A DNA stretch of 64,000 bases from an uncultured virus (IMG/VR IMGVR_UViG_3300030202_002218) (taxonomy: Duplodnaviria; Heunggongvirae; Uroviricota; Caudoviricetes). Under the pieces are notes generated by a model. That model saw nothing but the letters and a program-made list of their open reading frames with translations. It was not told the origin of the DNA and made no database searches. The DNA is taken from IMG/VR virus record IMGVR_UViG_3300030202_002218; one strand, given 5' to 3'. A program made the translations under genes and the position numbers. Positions within the stretch are counted from its first letter, which is position 1, and the number at the start of each line of letters is the position of its first letter. Positions 38,839 to 48,375 of the stretch are shown one piece after another.

Positions 38839-39350
38839 TCTAAAACCTCCATCGGGAAAGGGTCAAGCCCTACCGGAGTGCCGTATGTTTGTTTGCTGTT
38901 TGGTGTTGGGTTAATTTGTTCAACTCTTGGTGCAATAAGAATCCACCAATGACCACCGCGAGGTGTGATGAGTCGAAGTGGTGAAGGTAGTGAGCCATTC
39001 AATAAAGAGAATACATCTTTAGCGCGGTTGTATTTCTTCGCAAAAGATTTCAACAACTTCTTGTCGTAGTCGCTACCACCAATGGTAAGCATACCTTGAC
39101 CTTTACAATGTTGATTGAGAATCTTCGCGTCAATAGAACCAACAGTATTCATCGTGTTGTTGTATTGCGTGTAGTTCTTTTCATCATCTAAAACAAAACC
39201 ATGATTCATCATTGCATCCATCTTAGCCTCATCGGAACGAGGGATAATAGCAACTGTGTGACCCGCATCAACGAGTCCACTTAGGGGCGTTTCATTTGAT
39301 GTTAATTCAAATCCAGCGTTAATCCAGTCTTGTGTTAAAACTCTCATCAT
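38835..39350 (-). CDS. Hypothetical protein
   Basis: 171 aa; PL......LIAPR C-terminal pattern. Confidence 0.6.
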   Translation of the reverse strand: MMRVLTQDWINAGFELTSNETPLSGLVDAGHTVAIIPRSDEAKMDAMMNHGFVLDDEKNYTQYNNTMNTVGSIDAKILNQHCKGQGMLTIGGSDYDKKLLKSFAKKYNRAKDVFSLLNGSLPSPLRLITPRGGHWWILIAPRVEQINPTPNSKQTYGTPVGLDPFPMEVLE

Positions 39351-40270
39351 TCATCATCTCCTTCTTCGACTTCTTCGTAGCATTCATAGCAAAGATAATT
39401 TCCATTCGCGTCTGTCTGCATGTCGTTGTCATCCCACCATTCATCACAGTCATCGCATTCGACTTTACCCATGTCATCATGAGCAGTATATCCGTCGAGA
39501 GTCAATGTGATATGCGGGAAATTGTATGTGTCTATGTCAAAGACAGGTCGTAGTCGCGAGCGAACCATGTGTCCACCTGCGACACCATCCCAACCCAAAT
39601 TCTTAGAAACAAGCGCGGCAGGTAATACAGAAACTAATCCAGCATCAACAGAAAACTTGCGACCATGAACATTGAATGAACCATCGCCACCAAGACCGCT
39701 GTTATACACATAGGCTTTGTGTCCATGAAACTCAAACTCAATACCATCTCCTTCAAGCCTGTCATCATTTGGTATATTTTCAATAAACTCATACCAAAAG
39801 TGGTCATTGATTGCATAGCATGGGTCGCCGATATACCATTCGGGTCGTCGGTCATGGATAGTATCAATGAACACTTCTTGGATTTGCGCGTCGTCTAATC
39901 CAAATGTATCAGCGTAGTGTTGTCGGCCATCAGCGAGTTCATTGTAGTCACCATCGCTTGACAACTTGACACCTTTAACCGCACGATACAATGCCATGTA
40001 GCAAGCAACAATGATGTAGTCGTATGGCTTACGCGCTGTCTTGGTAAAGGTGAAGAATGAATCGCGAGTGATTGCCCTGTCATCGCATTCGCGTGGTATG
40101 ACAAACCATTCATGGTTGCCCTTCACTTGAATGAGGTCAGCAGTAATGTTCACTTCTTTTTCTTCCCAATCATCGCTGATAGTCAAAGCCATGATTTGGT
40201 TTTGTAAGTATGACCATTGCGCGTCTTCAATTTTACCAAGAGGAATATATGCGTAGTGCGTGTATCCCAT
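39347..40270 (-). CDS. Multi-domain phage protein (MGYTHY domain + IGDPCY domain + Zn finger)
   Basis: Probable start MGYTHY at 40270 after GGAGG; FTKTARKPYD, SSDG, YIGDPCY and CDDC...CYEC. Confidence 0.65.
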   Translation of the reverse strand: MGYTHYAYIPLGKIEDAQWSYLQNQIMALTISDDWEEKEVNITADLIQVKGNHEWFVIPRECDDRAITRDSFFTFTKTARKPYDYIIVACYMALYRAVKGVKLSSDGDYNELADGRQHYADTFGLDDAQIQEVFIDTIHDRRPEWYIGDPCYAINDHFWYEFIENIPNDDRLEGDGIEFEFHGHKAYVYNSGLGGDGSFNVHGRKFSVDAGLVSVLPAALVSKNLGWDGVAGGHMVRSRLRPVFDIDTYNFPHITLTLDGYTAHDDMGKVECDDCDEWWDDNDMQTDANGNYLCYECYEEVEEGDDE

Positions 40271-40533
40271 CAAGCATTCCTCCTTCCAGCGTATGGTAGG
40301 TCTATGTCTTTGATAGGCCAAACTTTATCCGGCATACTGTCAAGTTCCATTTGGTGAAAGTATCCCCATTCGGGATAAGTGCCTTGAACATATCCAAAGT
40401 GTAGTCCATCGTCACCGAGTTCAATCGCGAACCAATACCAGCCCGACCATGACCCCCAACCTTTCAACACTTTCTTGTCTTCGCCAAAGGCGCGTAGGTA
40501 AAGTTGTCCATCAATTGTAATCAGTTCAGTCAT
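40270..40533 (-). CDS. DUF2958-like protein
   Basis: WYWFA.E....FGYV.G..PEWGYF...EL. Confidence 0.65.
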   Translation of the reverse strand: MTELITIDGQLYLRAFGEDKKVLKGWGSWSGWYWFAIELGDDGLHFGYVQGTYPEWGYFHQMELDSMPDKVWPIKDIDLPYAGRRNA

Positions 40534-41087
40534 TCATCCACCACCCAATCGCCAGCGTTGCGTCGGCCACCTTCTGCGGTTGCCACATTTGCATTCATGA
40601 AATTCTGCAAACCAATCTTATCAACATCGCCCCAATGAGGTCGTTGGAATCGGTAAAACTGTTCGGGGTCTTGTCCATAAGGCGCAGGGTATAGCATACC
40701 TACATTCGGGTCAAAGATTGTAGGGGTTGCATCTTCACACGGCACAGCCTTGAGGCTACCACGGTGTCCACTCATGTTGAGGTCGCGTGCTACCCACACC
40801 CAACCCCAATTGGCACGACACTTACTTCCACCACAGGCACAGTCACCAAGCATGACAGGTCTGCCGTCAAGCATAGCGATACCCATGACGCGTGTTGGTT
40901 CACCATACATCTCAATGACATAGTTCAATACTTCTGCACCAAACTTATCCATGAGGATGTCCATTCTGTTTTCATCATTCAAGTCTATGACTTGTTGAAC
41001 TGCGCGTGTCAATTCACCATCTTTGGTGTCTTGGTTCTGCGCGTTCAATTTCCATTGCATGTTATTATTTATTTTTTTCTCGGTCAT
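40530..41087 (-). CDS. Hypothetical protein
   Basis: Probable start MTEKK at 41087; CAC...C. Confidence 0.6.
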   Translation of the reverse strand: MTEKKINNNMQWKLNAQNQDTKDGELTRAVQQVIDLNDENRMDILMDKFGAEVLNYVIEMYGEPTRVMGIAMLDGRPVMLGDCACGGSKCRANWGWVWVARDLNMSGHRGSLKAVPCEDATPTIFDPNVGMLYPAPYGQDPEQFYRFQRPHWGDVDKIGLQNFMNANVATAEGGRRNAGDWVVDE

Positions 41088-41148
41088 GTAAAACACTCCG
41101 TTCTTGCAAACGCGCTCATCATTCCATGAGCAACATCAGTCAAGGGGG

Positions 41149-41270
41149 TGGGGAGGGGTGCATCTATTCAAAGGAAAGTGAAAAGATGAATAGCGAGGGA
41201 TGCATGATGCACCGACCTCCCCATGAGAAGGGTGATGATTTACGGTATCAACAAACGAGTGTGGTTCATA
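41149..41270 (-). ncRNA. Putative structured RNA element downstream of the DUF932 gene (copy A)
   Basis: Shares CAAACGAGTGTG and flanking sequence with 48376-48419; small hairpin with an ACCGTAA loop followed by a long GGTGCATC/GATGCACC hairpin. Confidence 0.5.
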
Positions 41271-41299
41271 CAGGGGTAGGGGAGTTAGTAAGTATCAAA

Positions 41300-43360
41300 T
41301 TACTTCTTGTTAGCAATCTTTACTTGCTCAATCTTGTATTCCCAAGTGTCCATGAAGGCAGGGATTTCTGTGATTGGAGTCATTACTTTCTTACCATTTG
41401 TCTTTGCGCTGTAAGGAATCTTGAATTGGTCGGGGTTATCACTCAACCATTGACCCATAGCATTGAAGTCATCAACAGGTTCACCGGTGTGCGCGGCGTA
41501 AGCATTGACAGCACCCATAGCAATGTCTTCAAGAAGGTTTGCGGCTTTGTCCGATTTCTTCATCAACAGTTCAATACCTTGCTTGCTTCCGTGAAGAACT
41601 CTCTTACCATCAGTGAAGATAGGGTTGTGAGTAATCGTGCCAGTCAAAACTTGCGCGGCGTGGAATGCACTACCGACTGCGGCTTTGTCTGCTTCGGTCT
41701 TATCCAAAGCGACATAGTTAACATCGGGGTTCATCCAACCTTGCATCATAGCATTGTAAGCGTGTCCGTGTCCAACCTTGACAGCATCTTTGGTCATCAT
41801 TGCGGCAGTCACAACTAAGTTTCCGTCTTTGTCCTTCGGGATTTGGTCAATGTCACCAGCCTTGATAGTCAACTTAGGTTGAGATACAAGTCCATGCTTG
41901 GCGAATGAGGTCATCACTTTGTCAAACACATTTGCTTCGATAGGAATGTGTCGTAAGATGTGCATAGCAATCAAGTTCTTACGAGATTCAAGAAGCGCAT
42001 TGCCAAGTTGGTCAGCAAACAGTTGAGGGTCGAACTCCGAAACAACACCTTTCATGTGTCGAATCTTGTTTCGGTCACCAGCCATCAGTAGTGCTTGAAC
42101 TCCACCGCGTGCGGCAAGGTTGCCACAGTAAGTGCGGAGAACAGTCATGAATGCTTGGAGAGCAGACTTACCATCGTGAGCGTTGATGATTGATACACCA
42201 ACACGATGTCCACCTTCTTCTTCGACAAGCGCGTCGCTGATTCTGTTAGCAGAAAGATTGACATAACCAAAGTTGCTAAGTGACTTAGCAGATTCGTTGC
42301 GTGTCTTGGTGCTGAATGCAGTGAGGTCAAGGTTGAGCATAGCACGCGCACCCTTGTTGAAAGCGAACGCGTCGTGACTGATGAGTTCAGTTCCCGACTC
42401 AAGTTCATACTTGAATTTGTTATCACCTATATCCACTTTCTTGTAGACGCAACCGTTAGCCATGTTGATGCCTCGGCAAGTATCAATGACAGGGTTGAAT
42501 ACATCGGGGTGTTCAACTACCTCAAAACCAGCACCAGCGGCGCGGTTGATACAATGTCCAAGTGGTTCATCTTCTGTCGCAAGAGTTGGGTTGAAGATAG
42601 CGTTGATTCGATTGTCACCTTTTGCTGTGGTAATGTCGTGGTAAGTAGTTGTTGATTGACCAGTAGTTGGGTCAACTGTCACATTACGCGCAACCAATTC
42701 GTATGTCTTGGTGCGGAAGTTCCATGCACCAACATTCTCATGTCGCTTTCCACTAACCATAGCCTTGCTGATGTCGCTTGACATCGTTGCTTTGATTGCT
42801 TCGGATTCAGCGTAGCGTTCTTGGCGTGCCTTTTCAGCATCCAAGATTGCTTTCGTCTTCTTCTTGGCAGTCTTTTCTGCGGCTTCTTCAACGGTTTCAT
42901 TCTCATCAAGAACAAAGTCTGCGAGGTCAACACCAAGCGCGTCACCAAAGTTCGGCACTTCATCGTCGTGTGTCGCATCTGTCATGTCAAACACAGGGGT
43001 GTCATCGTTGCTTGGTGTCGCATCTGTCATGTCAAACACAAGGTCGTCATCGTCGGATGCTTGGTAGACTTCACCAAACTCAATCCACATGTCAGCAATG
43101 ACTTTCAGCACAGCGTCGCCGTCAGTATCGTAAGTGTAGTTTGAGGCTACACTAATATCAACACTGTTGACTTTCGCGTCTTCCAACAAGAACACAGTCC
43201 AGTTTGAACCGTGTTGTATGGTGTGCTTGATGCACGCATTAGGAACGAACTTCTGTCCTTCCCATGCGTTAGATTCAATCACCTTCATGTCGTTCTTTTC
43301 ATCTTGCGCTACACCAATAACGATGGTGCGCGGGGCTTCATTTTTCTTAGGGTCTTTCAT
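41300..43360 (-). CDS. DUF932-domain protein with acidic N-terminal extension
   Basis: IINAHDGKSA...LRTYCGN...IRH matches DUF932 (N.HDG...R..C.N...H); GGAG-like SD. Confidence 0.75.
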   Translation of the reverse strand: MKDPKKNEAPRTIVIGVAQDEKNDMKVIESNAWEGQKFVPNACIKHTIQHGSNWTVFLLEDAKVNSVDISVASNYTYDTDGDAVLKVIADMWIEFGEVYQASDDDDLVFDMTDATPSNDDTPVFDMTDATHDDEVPNFGDALGVDLADFVLDENETVEEAAEKTAKKKTKAILDAEKARQERYAESEAIKATMSSDISKAMVSGKRHENVGAWNFRTKTYELVARNVTVDPTTGQSTTTYHDITTAKGDNRINAIFNPTLATEDEPLGHCINRAAGAGFEVVEHPDVFNPVIDTCRGINMANGCVYKKVDIGDNKFKYELESGTELISHDAFAFNKGARAMLNLDLTAFSTKTRNESAKSLSNFGYVNLSANRISDALVEEEGGHRVGVSIINAHDGKSALQAFMTVLRTYCGNLAARGGVQALLMAGDRNKIRHMKGVVSEFDPQLFADQLGNALLESRKNLIAMHILRHIPIEANVFDKVMTSFAKHGLVSQPKLTIKAGDIDQIPKDKDGNLVVTAAMMTKDAVKVGHGHAYNAMMQGWMNPDVNYVALDKTEADKAAVGSAFHAAQVLTGTITHNPIFTDGKRVLHGSKQGIELLMKKSDKAANLLEDIAMGAVNAYAAHTGEPVDDFNAMGQWLSDNPDQFKIPYSAKTNGKKVMTPITEIPAFMDTWEYKIEQVKIANKK
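42970..43040. repeat. 26-bp direct repeat (45-nt period) encoding VFDMTDAT twice
   Basis: GTGTCGCATCTGTCATGTCAAACACA at 42970-42995 and 43015-43040. Confidence 0.9.
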
Positions 43361-43362
43361 AT

Positions 43363-44004
43363 TTAATCCTCCTTATTTTTGTGTCCGTTGGACTGTGATG
43401 TGACATCGCTTTCGATGTCGGGGCTTTCGCTCATGTCAAAATCATCCATGTCGAATGTGATTTCTTCTTCTGCGGCGCGCGCCATAGAATCAGATTCGAG
43501 CGACGGTATAAGAACATTCTCATCCGCGTCTATTAGATTTGCAATCTCATCGTGCATGTCAAACTCAAACTCCGAGAAGATAATATCCTCTTCGGTCATG
43601 CGTTTGTCTTGAATATCTTGAGCGTCTTGTTCAGCGATGAGTTGTTCAATCGCTTCGGGTGTATGGTTGCGAGCAAACTTGTCAAAGGTAAGTGAGCAAA
43701 TGCTTACTCCACAATTAGAGTCATCGCAACAGTAGTGTGTGTTCTCCATCTTACCTTGTTGAATTTTGTAAGACAATGCTTTCCATTGTCCACCACAACG
43801 AGGGCATTCGCGAACATACTGTGGTGGTATGTGTGACATGTTCCTGTGCGGGTTGAGATACTTCTCCTTCAAAGGGCTTTGAGGTCGAACAAATCCATTC
43901 ATGACAATCATGTATTCACCATCACCAAGACTATTGGTAGCCATGCTGATGACTGTGTGCTTGTCGTCAAGTAGCGTGTGAAAATCTTGTGTGCTGAAAC
44001 TCAT
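43363..44004 (-). CDS. Zn-ribbon protein with acidic FDM-repeat tail
   Basis: CPRC...CC...C; C-terminal EFEFDM and ITFDMDDFDM. Confidence 0.65.
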   Translation of the reverse strand: MSFSTQDFHTLLDDKHTVISMATNSLGDGEYMIVMNGFVRPQSPLKEKYLNPHRNMSHIPPQYVRECPRCGGQWKALSYKIQQGKMENTHYCCDDSNCGVSICSLTFDKFARNHTPEAIEQLIAEQDAQDIQDKRMTEEDIIFSEFEFDMHDEIANLIDADENVLIPSLESDSMARAAEEEITFDMDDFDMSESPDIESDVTSQSNGHKNKED

Positions 44005-44375
44005 TGTGAATCCCCCGTTGGTTCAAAGCCAAGCAAGTCACATGCCAACTCATGCATCAGTTGATTGATTGCGGCTGTCACATCAGCATCTTCAACAACG
44101 GGTTGCATCTCTCTCCACTTTGCATTCATGTAGCAGTATGCGCTTGGTTTGTCACTGTAATAGTTTGGATTAGCGCGGTATTTCTCAAGCGTTCTTTCCA
44201 TCGCTTGGTCGTAGGTTTTGTAGCCGTAGTTAGCCATCAAATCCATAGCCTCACGCATGAGGCTGTTGCTGTCAGTATTTCCATTGTCAATTGCGTTGAG
44301 GTTGTCAACTGCCATCTGTCTTCTGTCTTCTTTCAATTCTTCTTCATTCATTTGTTCCACCTTCGGTGTTGTCAT
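44001..44375 (-). CDS. Hypothetical protein
   Basis: 124 aa in the gene run. Confidence 0.55.
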   Translation of the reverse strand: MTTPKVEQMNEEELKEDRRQMAVDNLNAIDNGNTDSNSLMREAMDLMANYGYKTYDQAMERTLEKYRANPNYYSDKPSAYCYMNAKWREMQPVVEDADVTAAINQLMHELACDLLGFEPTGDSQ

Positions 44376-44604
44376 CCATACTCATGATGTATTCATCATG
44401 CGCGTGGAGAATAGGAATGACATAACTCATTCGTGCGGCAAGCGCACCAAGTTCTGTCGCGGGACCGATGAGTTGTGACCCATCGGGAGAGTTGATGAAC
44501 ACGATTCGGTCATGAACAAGTGTGCCGTAAGGCATCTTGAGAATAACTTCGCGCCCAATGTCTTCATCTGTCCAACCATCTTGAGGGATAGGTGTTGGCT
44601 TCAT
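44344..44604 (-). CDS. Hypothetical protein
   Basis: 86 aa, GGAGG SD. Confidence 0.55.
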   Translation of the reverse strand: MKPTPIPQDGWTDEDIGREVILKMPYGTLVHDRIVFINSPDGSQLIGPATELGALAARMSYVIPILHAHDEYIMSMDDNTEGGTNE

Positions 44605-44891
44605 TAGTCTTCGCCTCCTGTTGTTAATGTAGCAATGTAGAAATCCGCATCGCTGACTTCATCAATCACAAGTGAGTAATCACCTTCGGCAATCAGCATT
44701 AGGTCGCGCCCCTTCAAGTTGGGTAGTAAGTTAGTGATGAAGTATAGACGCGCCGCTGTATCTTTTACTTCTTCTCTAAAAGAATTAGAAGTGTATCTAT
44801 CAACATGAGTAATGTAGTTAGGGTGTATAACAAAGTTAAGGAATCCATCTTCGTTCTTTTGTTTTGGAAACTTTATTTCATATCCAGTCAT
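44604..44891 (-). CDS. Hypothetical protein
   Basis: 95 aa, GGTGA SD. Confidence 0.55.
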   Translation of the reverse strand: MTGYEIKFPKQKNEDGFLNFVIHPNYITHVDRYTSNSFREEVKDTAARLYFITNLLPNLKGRDLMLIAEGDYSLVIDEVSDADFYIATLTTGGED

Positions 44892-45550
44892 TCTTTCACC
44901 ACCAAGTTTCCGTGTTCAAAGTGCCAGTCCATCAATGCAGTCTTGCGCGGTTCTGCTTTGGTTGACCAAGAGGGATAGTCATGGTGCATTGGTGAGTAGG
45001 TATCTTTACCAAGCGCGGCAAAGATAGCAACGATAACATTGTCATGCAAGTCTTGGTTCAATGCTTCAAGTGATTCAAGCAACTGTTCTGCTGTGAACTC
45101 ATGCTTGACTGTGGACACAAGAGCATCGCGTGGTTCTGCAAGAAACTTTCCGTCGCGGGTCATCTTCTTGACAAACAGTTCGGGGTCAAAGTCTTTCACC
45201 GCGTCTTTCTTGTGCTGTGGTGGTGTGTAGAAATCAACCAAGTTCTCGTCAAAGAATTTCGAGTCATCTAACAGTGCGTGTTGGTCGCTGTGTGATAGAG
45301 TATCGTTGTATGAATATTCAATAGGGAATGAATCTTTGTGTATAACAATCTTGCCAGTCTTCTTAGACGCGTAGTATAAACTTGACTGCACTTGCATCCA
45401 AGTCATGTTCCTACCTGCACCTCTTCTGTCAACGCGAGCGTGAACTTGCTTGGCATTCAGTCGTTCATTCAGTATTGTGCTACCTTTCATGATGCGTGTC
45501 ACAAATTCGTAGTTCTTTTCGTTTGGTCTTTTTGTAAATTTATTATTCAA
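44888..45550 (-). CDS. Hypothetical protein (possible N-terminal wHTH)
   Basis: Probable TTG start at 45550 just after GGAGG. Confidence 0.55.
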   Translation of the reverse strand: MNNKFTKRPNEKNYEFVTRIMKGSTILNERLNAKQVHARVDRRGAGRNMTWMQVQSSLYYASKKTGKIVIHKDSFPIEYSYNDTLSHSDQHALLDDSKFFDENLVDFYTPPQHKKDAVKDFDPELFVKKMTRDGKFLAEPRDALVSTVKHEFTAEQLLESLEALNQDLHDNVIVAIFAALGKDTYSPMHHDYPSWSTKAEPRKTALMDWHFEHGNLVVKE

Positions 45551-45696
45551 TTTAAATCCTCCTTGTTTGTTTGGACTTCTTCTTCTTGTTGAAGAGCGCG
45601 TGTCCAAAGACGCGTGTTTGATTGTGGTTTTCCATCAGTGTATTCCCAAAAGATATACTCTTCGGTTTCGATTTTGACAACGAGTTGTTCACTCAT
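45547..45696 (-). CDS. Microprotein (49 aa, not in the track)
   Basis: MSEQLVVKIETEEYIFWEYTDGKPQ...; fills the gap with overlaps at both ends. Confidence 0.5.
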   Translation of the reverse strand: MSEQLVVKIETEEYIFWEYTDGKPQSNTRLWTRALQQEEEVQTNKEDLN

Positions 45697-46079
45697 TCTT
45701 CTTCACCTACTAATGTCAACATGTGTGCGTCGATTCGTGCCACCAATTCTGCTTTAGTGCCACTGACTTTCAAGCCGTGAGATTTGCATACTTCTTTCAG
45801 CACTGCGTTCTTCATGTTAGAGTAAATGCTGATGCTATCTACTTGAGATACGCGTCGGCTTACTTTTCTCTTTAGCATGTAGTTTGCTGTTCCGTATTTT
45901 GTCTTGACGCGAATGTAGTTCTTACACTTGCTCAAGTATGCTTTGCCACCATCAAACTCAATGCTTGTTGGTTGGTCGCGGTATCCCCACGGTTTGTTAT
46001 TCTCTTTGATGTTCTCTCTCAATTGAGTGAGAGCATCTTCATGTGTTGGCTTTTCTTCTGCTAAGGTTTCGTTAATCAT
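45693..46079 (-). CDS. SAP-domain DNA-binding protein
   Basis: C-terminal MKNAVLKEVCKSHGLKVSGTKAELVARI is a canonical SAP motif. Confidence 0.8.
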   Translation of the reverse strand: MINETLAEEKPTHEDALTQLRENIKENNKPWGYRDQPTSIEFDGGKAYLSKCKNYIRVKTKYGTANYMLKRKVSRRVSQVDSISIYSNMKNAVLKEVCKSHGLKVSGTKAELVARIDAHMLTLVGEEE

Positions 46080-46101
46080 TTTTCATTTCTCCTTTGTGTC
46101 A

Positions 46102-47679
46102 TCAAGCATTTTGCTTGTGGACTATGTGTGCTGGGTTGATACCGTTAGTGTGGTATCGTATCTTCTCATGAGGTATTCCTGTATCATGAATGAGGTTAAA
46201 GAACGAGCGATAGTCACCGCTTTCTAAATCGTTATACACGAACATCCAAATGTCCTTGTGCTTCGCGCCTCGGAAGACACGACCAATCGTTTGAATACGA
46301 GAGCGCACATTGTTTGTGCCACTCATCATGATGACACCATCCATGTCGGGTGCGTTGAAACCCTCCTTCAATGATTTACATGTGAGTAAGATGTCGGAGG
46401 CTGACCTCTCCCATCGCTTGAGTTCTTTCGTTGCGTCTTCTCCATACTGTGCAAGTCGTCGCTTGAATGCTGGGTTGTTGAGTTCGGGGTATGTTTGATA
46501 GACATGTGGTGGTAGTGTAGTAAGACCGCTGTGATATACATGAGGGTTGATACCAATGTTCTTACACATACCATTGAGTCTTTCGATACCAAAGATTGTT
46601 TCATGGAACAGCGCATACTTCTTACCGATGTTGCTTGTCAATACTTGTTGCGCCGCGTCGAATCTGTTCTCCATCTCATTCATCAATCGCTTGCGTTCAT
46701 TACAACGCGCTTGATATATTCCTAATGCTTGACGAGCCTCACCACTCAATCCCCAATTGGTTCGGGCAAAGAGGTTGTTCGCGTTGCCACCTTCTTCACT
46801 CACTAACTTGTAGCACTTGTGATAGAGTTTGGATATGCGTTCTGTCAAATCTTCATACTCAATCAGTTCGGATTGAGTCATGTTGATGTGAACGACATGG
46901 AATGTAAAGTCGAGTGCATCATCACCGTTGCGTGACTGTTCGATACCTTCGATTAGTTTGAGGTGAAACTGAATACCAACATCGCAGTCTTCACCACTAC
47001 AAACAGAACCCACAGGAGATGTATTCATTTCACACATAACACAGACACCATCACTACGGTTTGGTGTTGCGCTAAGTAGAAGACAACCATCACCTTGAAA
47101 GGTTCGGAGTGTGCGAAGCGCAACCTCTCCACCTGCTCGGTGACATTCATCAAGAACCATTAGCAGTGGTCTGTTCTTCAAGTGATTGAGTGCTTTCACT
47201 TTCTTGAGCGAAAGGTAAGTGGTGATATAAACATCCTTGTGAGGAGCGCGTTCATTATATCCACCACCAATACGACCGCATGTGAGTTGCCACATACGAA
47301 CAGTGGTTCGCGTTTGATTGAGTAGTTGCTTGGATGGCACAACAAATACGATAGCGGGTCTGCCTGTCTTTCTTGTTGGTGAACGAAGGTGTCCGTCGTG
47401 TAGCCAATTGTGCATGACAGTAATAGCAAGGCGAGTCTTACCTGCACCTGTCGCGGCTGACACACACATTCGAGGCTTCTCAAGACCGAGCCACTTGTTG
47501 TATGCTTTTGCTTGCCATAGACGCGCACCCTCTTCCAACTGTTCACCTGTTCGGTTGCTTGGTAGCGATGCTTTCATCTTAGCATGGTCTTCGGCAGTCA
47601 AGACTGTGCTTGCTACGCTTTCATTCATATCAAACTCTATTTCTTCTTCGACATTCATGTCAAATATTATTTCATTCAT
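46102..47679 (-). CDS. Superfamily 2 helicase (XPB/Rad25/ResIII-like)
   Basis: AATGAGKT, DECH, LSATP.R.DG, EGFNAP and QTIGRVFR. Confidence 0.9.
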   Translation of the reverse strand: MNEIIFDMNVEEEIEFDMNESVASTVLTAEDHAKMKASLPSNRTGEQLEEGARLWQAKAYNKWLGLEKPRMCVSAATGAGKTRLAITVMHNWLHDGHLRSPTRKTGRPAIVFVVPSKQLLNQTRTTVRMWQLTCGRIGGGYNERAPHKDVYITTYLSLKKVKALNHLKNRPLLMVLDECHRAGGEVALRTLRTFQGDGCLLLSATPNRSDGVCVMCEMNTSPVGSVCSGEDCDVGIQFHLKLIEGIEQSRNGDDALDFTFHVVHINMTQSELIEYEDLTERISKLYHKCYKLVSEEGGNANNLFARTNWGLSGEARQALGIYQARCNERKRLMNEMENRFDAAQQVLTSNIGKKYALFHETIFGIERLNGMCKNIGINPHVYHSGLTTLPPHVYQTYPELNNPAFKRRLAQYGEDATKELKRWERSASDILLTCKSLKEGFNAPDMDGVIMMSGTNNVRSRIQTIGRVFRGAKHKDIWMFVYNDLESGDYRSFFNLIHDTGIPHEKIRYHTNGINPAHIVHKQNA

Positions 47680-47951
47680 TGTAATCCCTCATCAATTTGT
47701 TCAGCGCGAGTATCAATCCAATCAGCGTCGCTTGGTGTGAACCAATCGGTAAATCGCTGACCGATTATGTGGTAAGGGTCAAGACCAAGCCATTGATAGT
47801 TAATCAATTCAAGGTCTTCAATCCACTCATCGCAAGCCGTGACATAAGCCTCGGTGCTTGAGTTGTAGGTATAACCTGCTCGCTCTTTGTCTTCTTCACT
47901 AAGGGATGAATACCATTCAACCCAACTGTTCGATGTGTTTTCGTTTTTCAT
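47676..47951 (-). CDS. Hypothetical protein
   Basis: 91 aa, first gene below the AT island. Confidence 0.55.
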   Translation of the reverse strand: MKNENTSNSWVEWYSSLSEEDKERAGYTYNSSTEAYVTACDEWIEDLELINYQWLGLDPYHIIGQRFTDWFTPSDADWIDTRAEQIDEGLQ

Positions 47952-47959
47952 TTTTCCAC

Positions 47960-48050
47960 TTTCCTTTTATTGATATTATCTTTTTATTATAATAGAGATA
48001 TAACTATTATTCTTATTAGAAGAATATGATATTCGCGATAATCATTCGTG
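47960..48050. promoter_or_regulatory. AT-rich intergenic island / probable promoter of the long early operon
   Basis: Near-pure A/T tract containing GATATTAT. Confidence 0.5.
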
Positions 48051-48243
48051 TTAATGTGTAGATTAGCGCGTAGATAGATACTCAACATCACAACACAACC
48101 ATGCATGTGTCATAGTTGTTGCGATAGACGCGAGGTGAATGTGATGTATTGATTCAAGAGCAACGGGTGATATGTCAAGAGCGTTAGTAATCGCGCATAC
48201 TCGACAAAGGAATAGGATAATTTTGACTGATGAATCAATCACT

Positions 48244-48258
48244 CAACCGTATGGTTGG
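48244..48258. repeat. 15-bp quasi-palindromic direct repeat, copy 1
   Basis: CAACCGTATGGTTGG, identical to 49688-49702. Confidence 0.75.
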
Positions 48259-48328
48259 CGTTGCATCGAGTCTTTGGTTATACCAGCAAGAGAAACCGTG
48301 AATGACTTTCATTTAGGTTTCGAGGTAT

Positions 48329-48373
48329 AAAAAAAAGGCGCGATGCATAGCCAACCCGACTATGCACCACGCC
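48329..48373 (-). terminator. Hairpin plus U8 terminator for gene 48445-49554
   Basis: Minus-strand RNA GGCGUGGUGCAUAGUC-GGGUU-GGCUAUGCAUCGCGCC forms a 16-bp stem with three G-U pairs and is followed by eight U. Confidence 0.8.
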
Positions 48374-48375
48374 AA

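Noticed and set aside
41006..41818. 270-aa plus-strand ORF
   Set aside because: It is antisense to the DUF932 gene and spans the structured intergenic element; no protein-like features. Most other short opposite-strand ORFs in the track were rejected as shadows in the same way.
48172..48330. 52-aa plus-strand ORF (MSRALVIAHTRQ...) convergent on the terminator
   Set aside because: The SD-like GGTGA is only 1 nt from the ATG, there is no recognisable motif, and it overlaps the 15-bp repeat; possible but unsupported.
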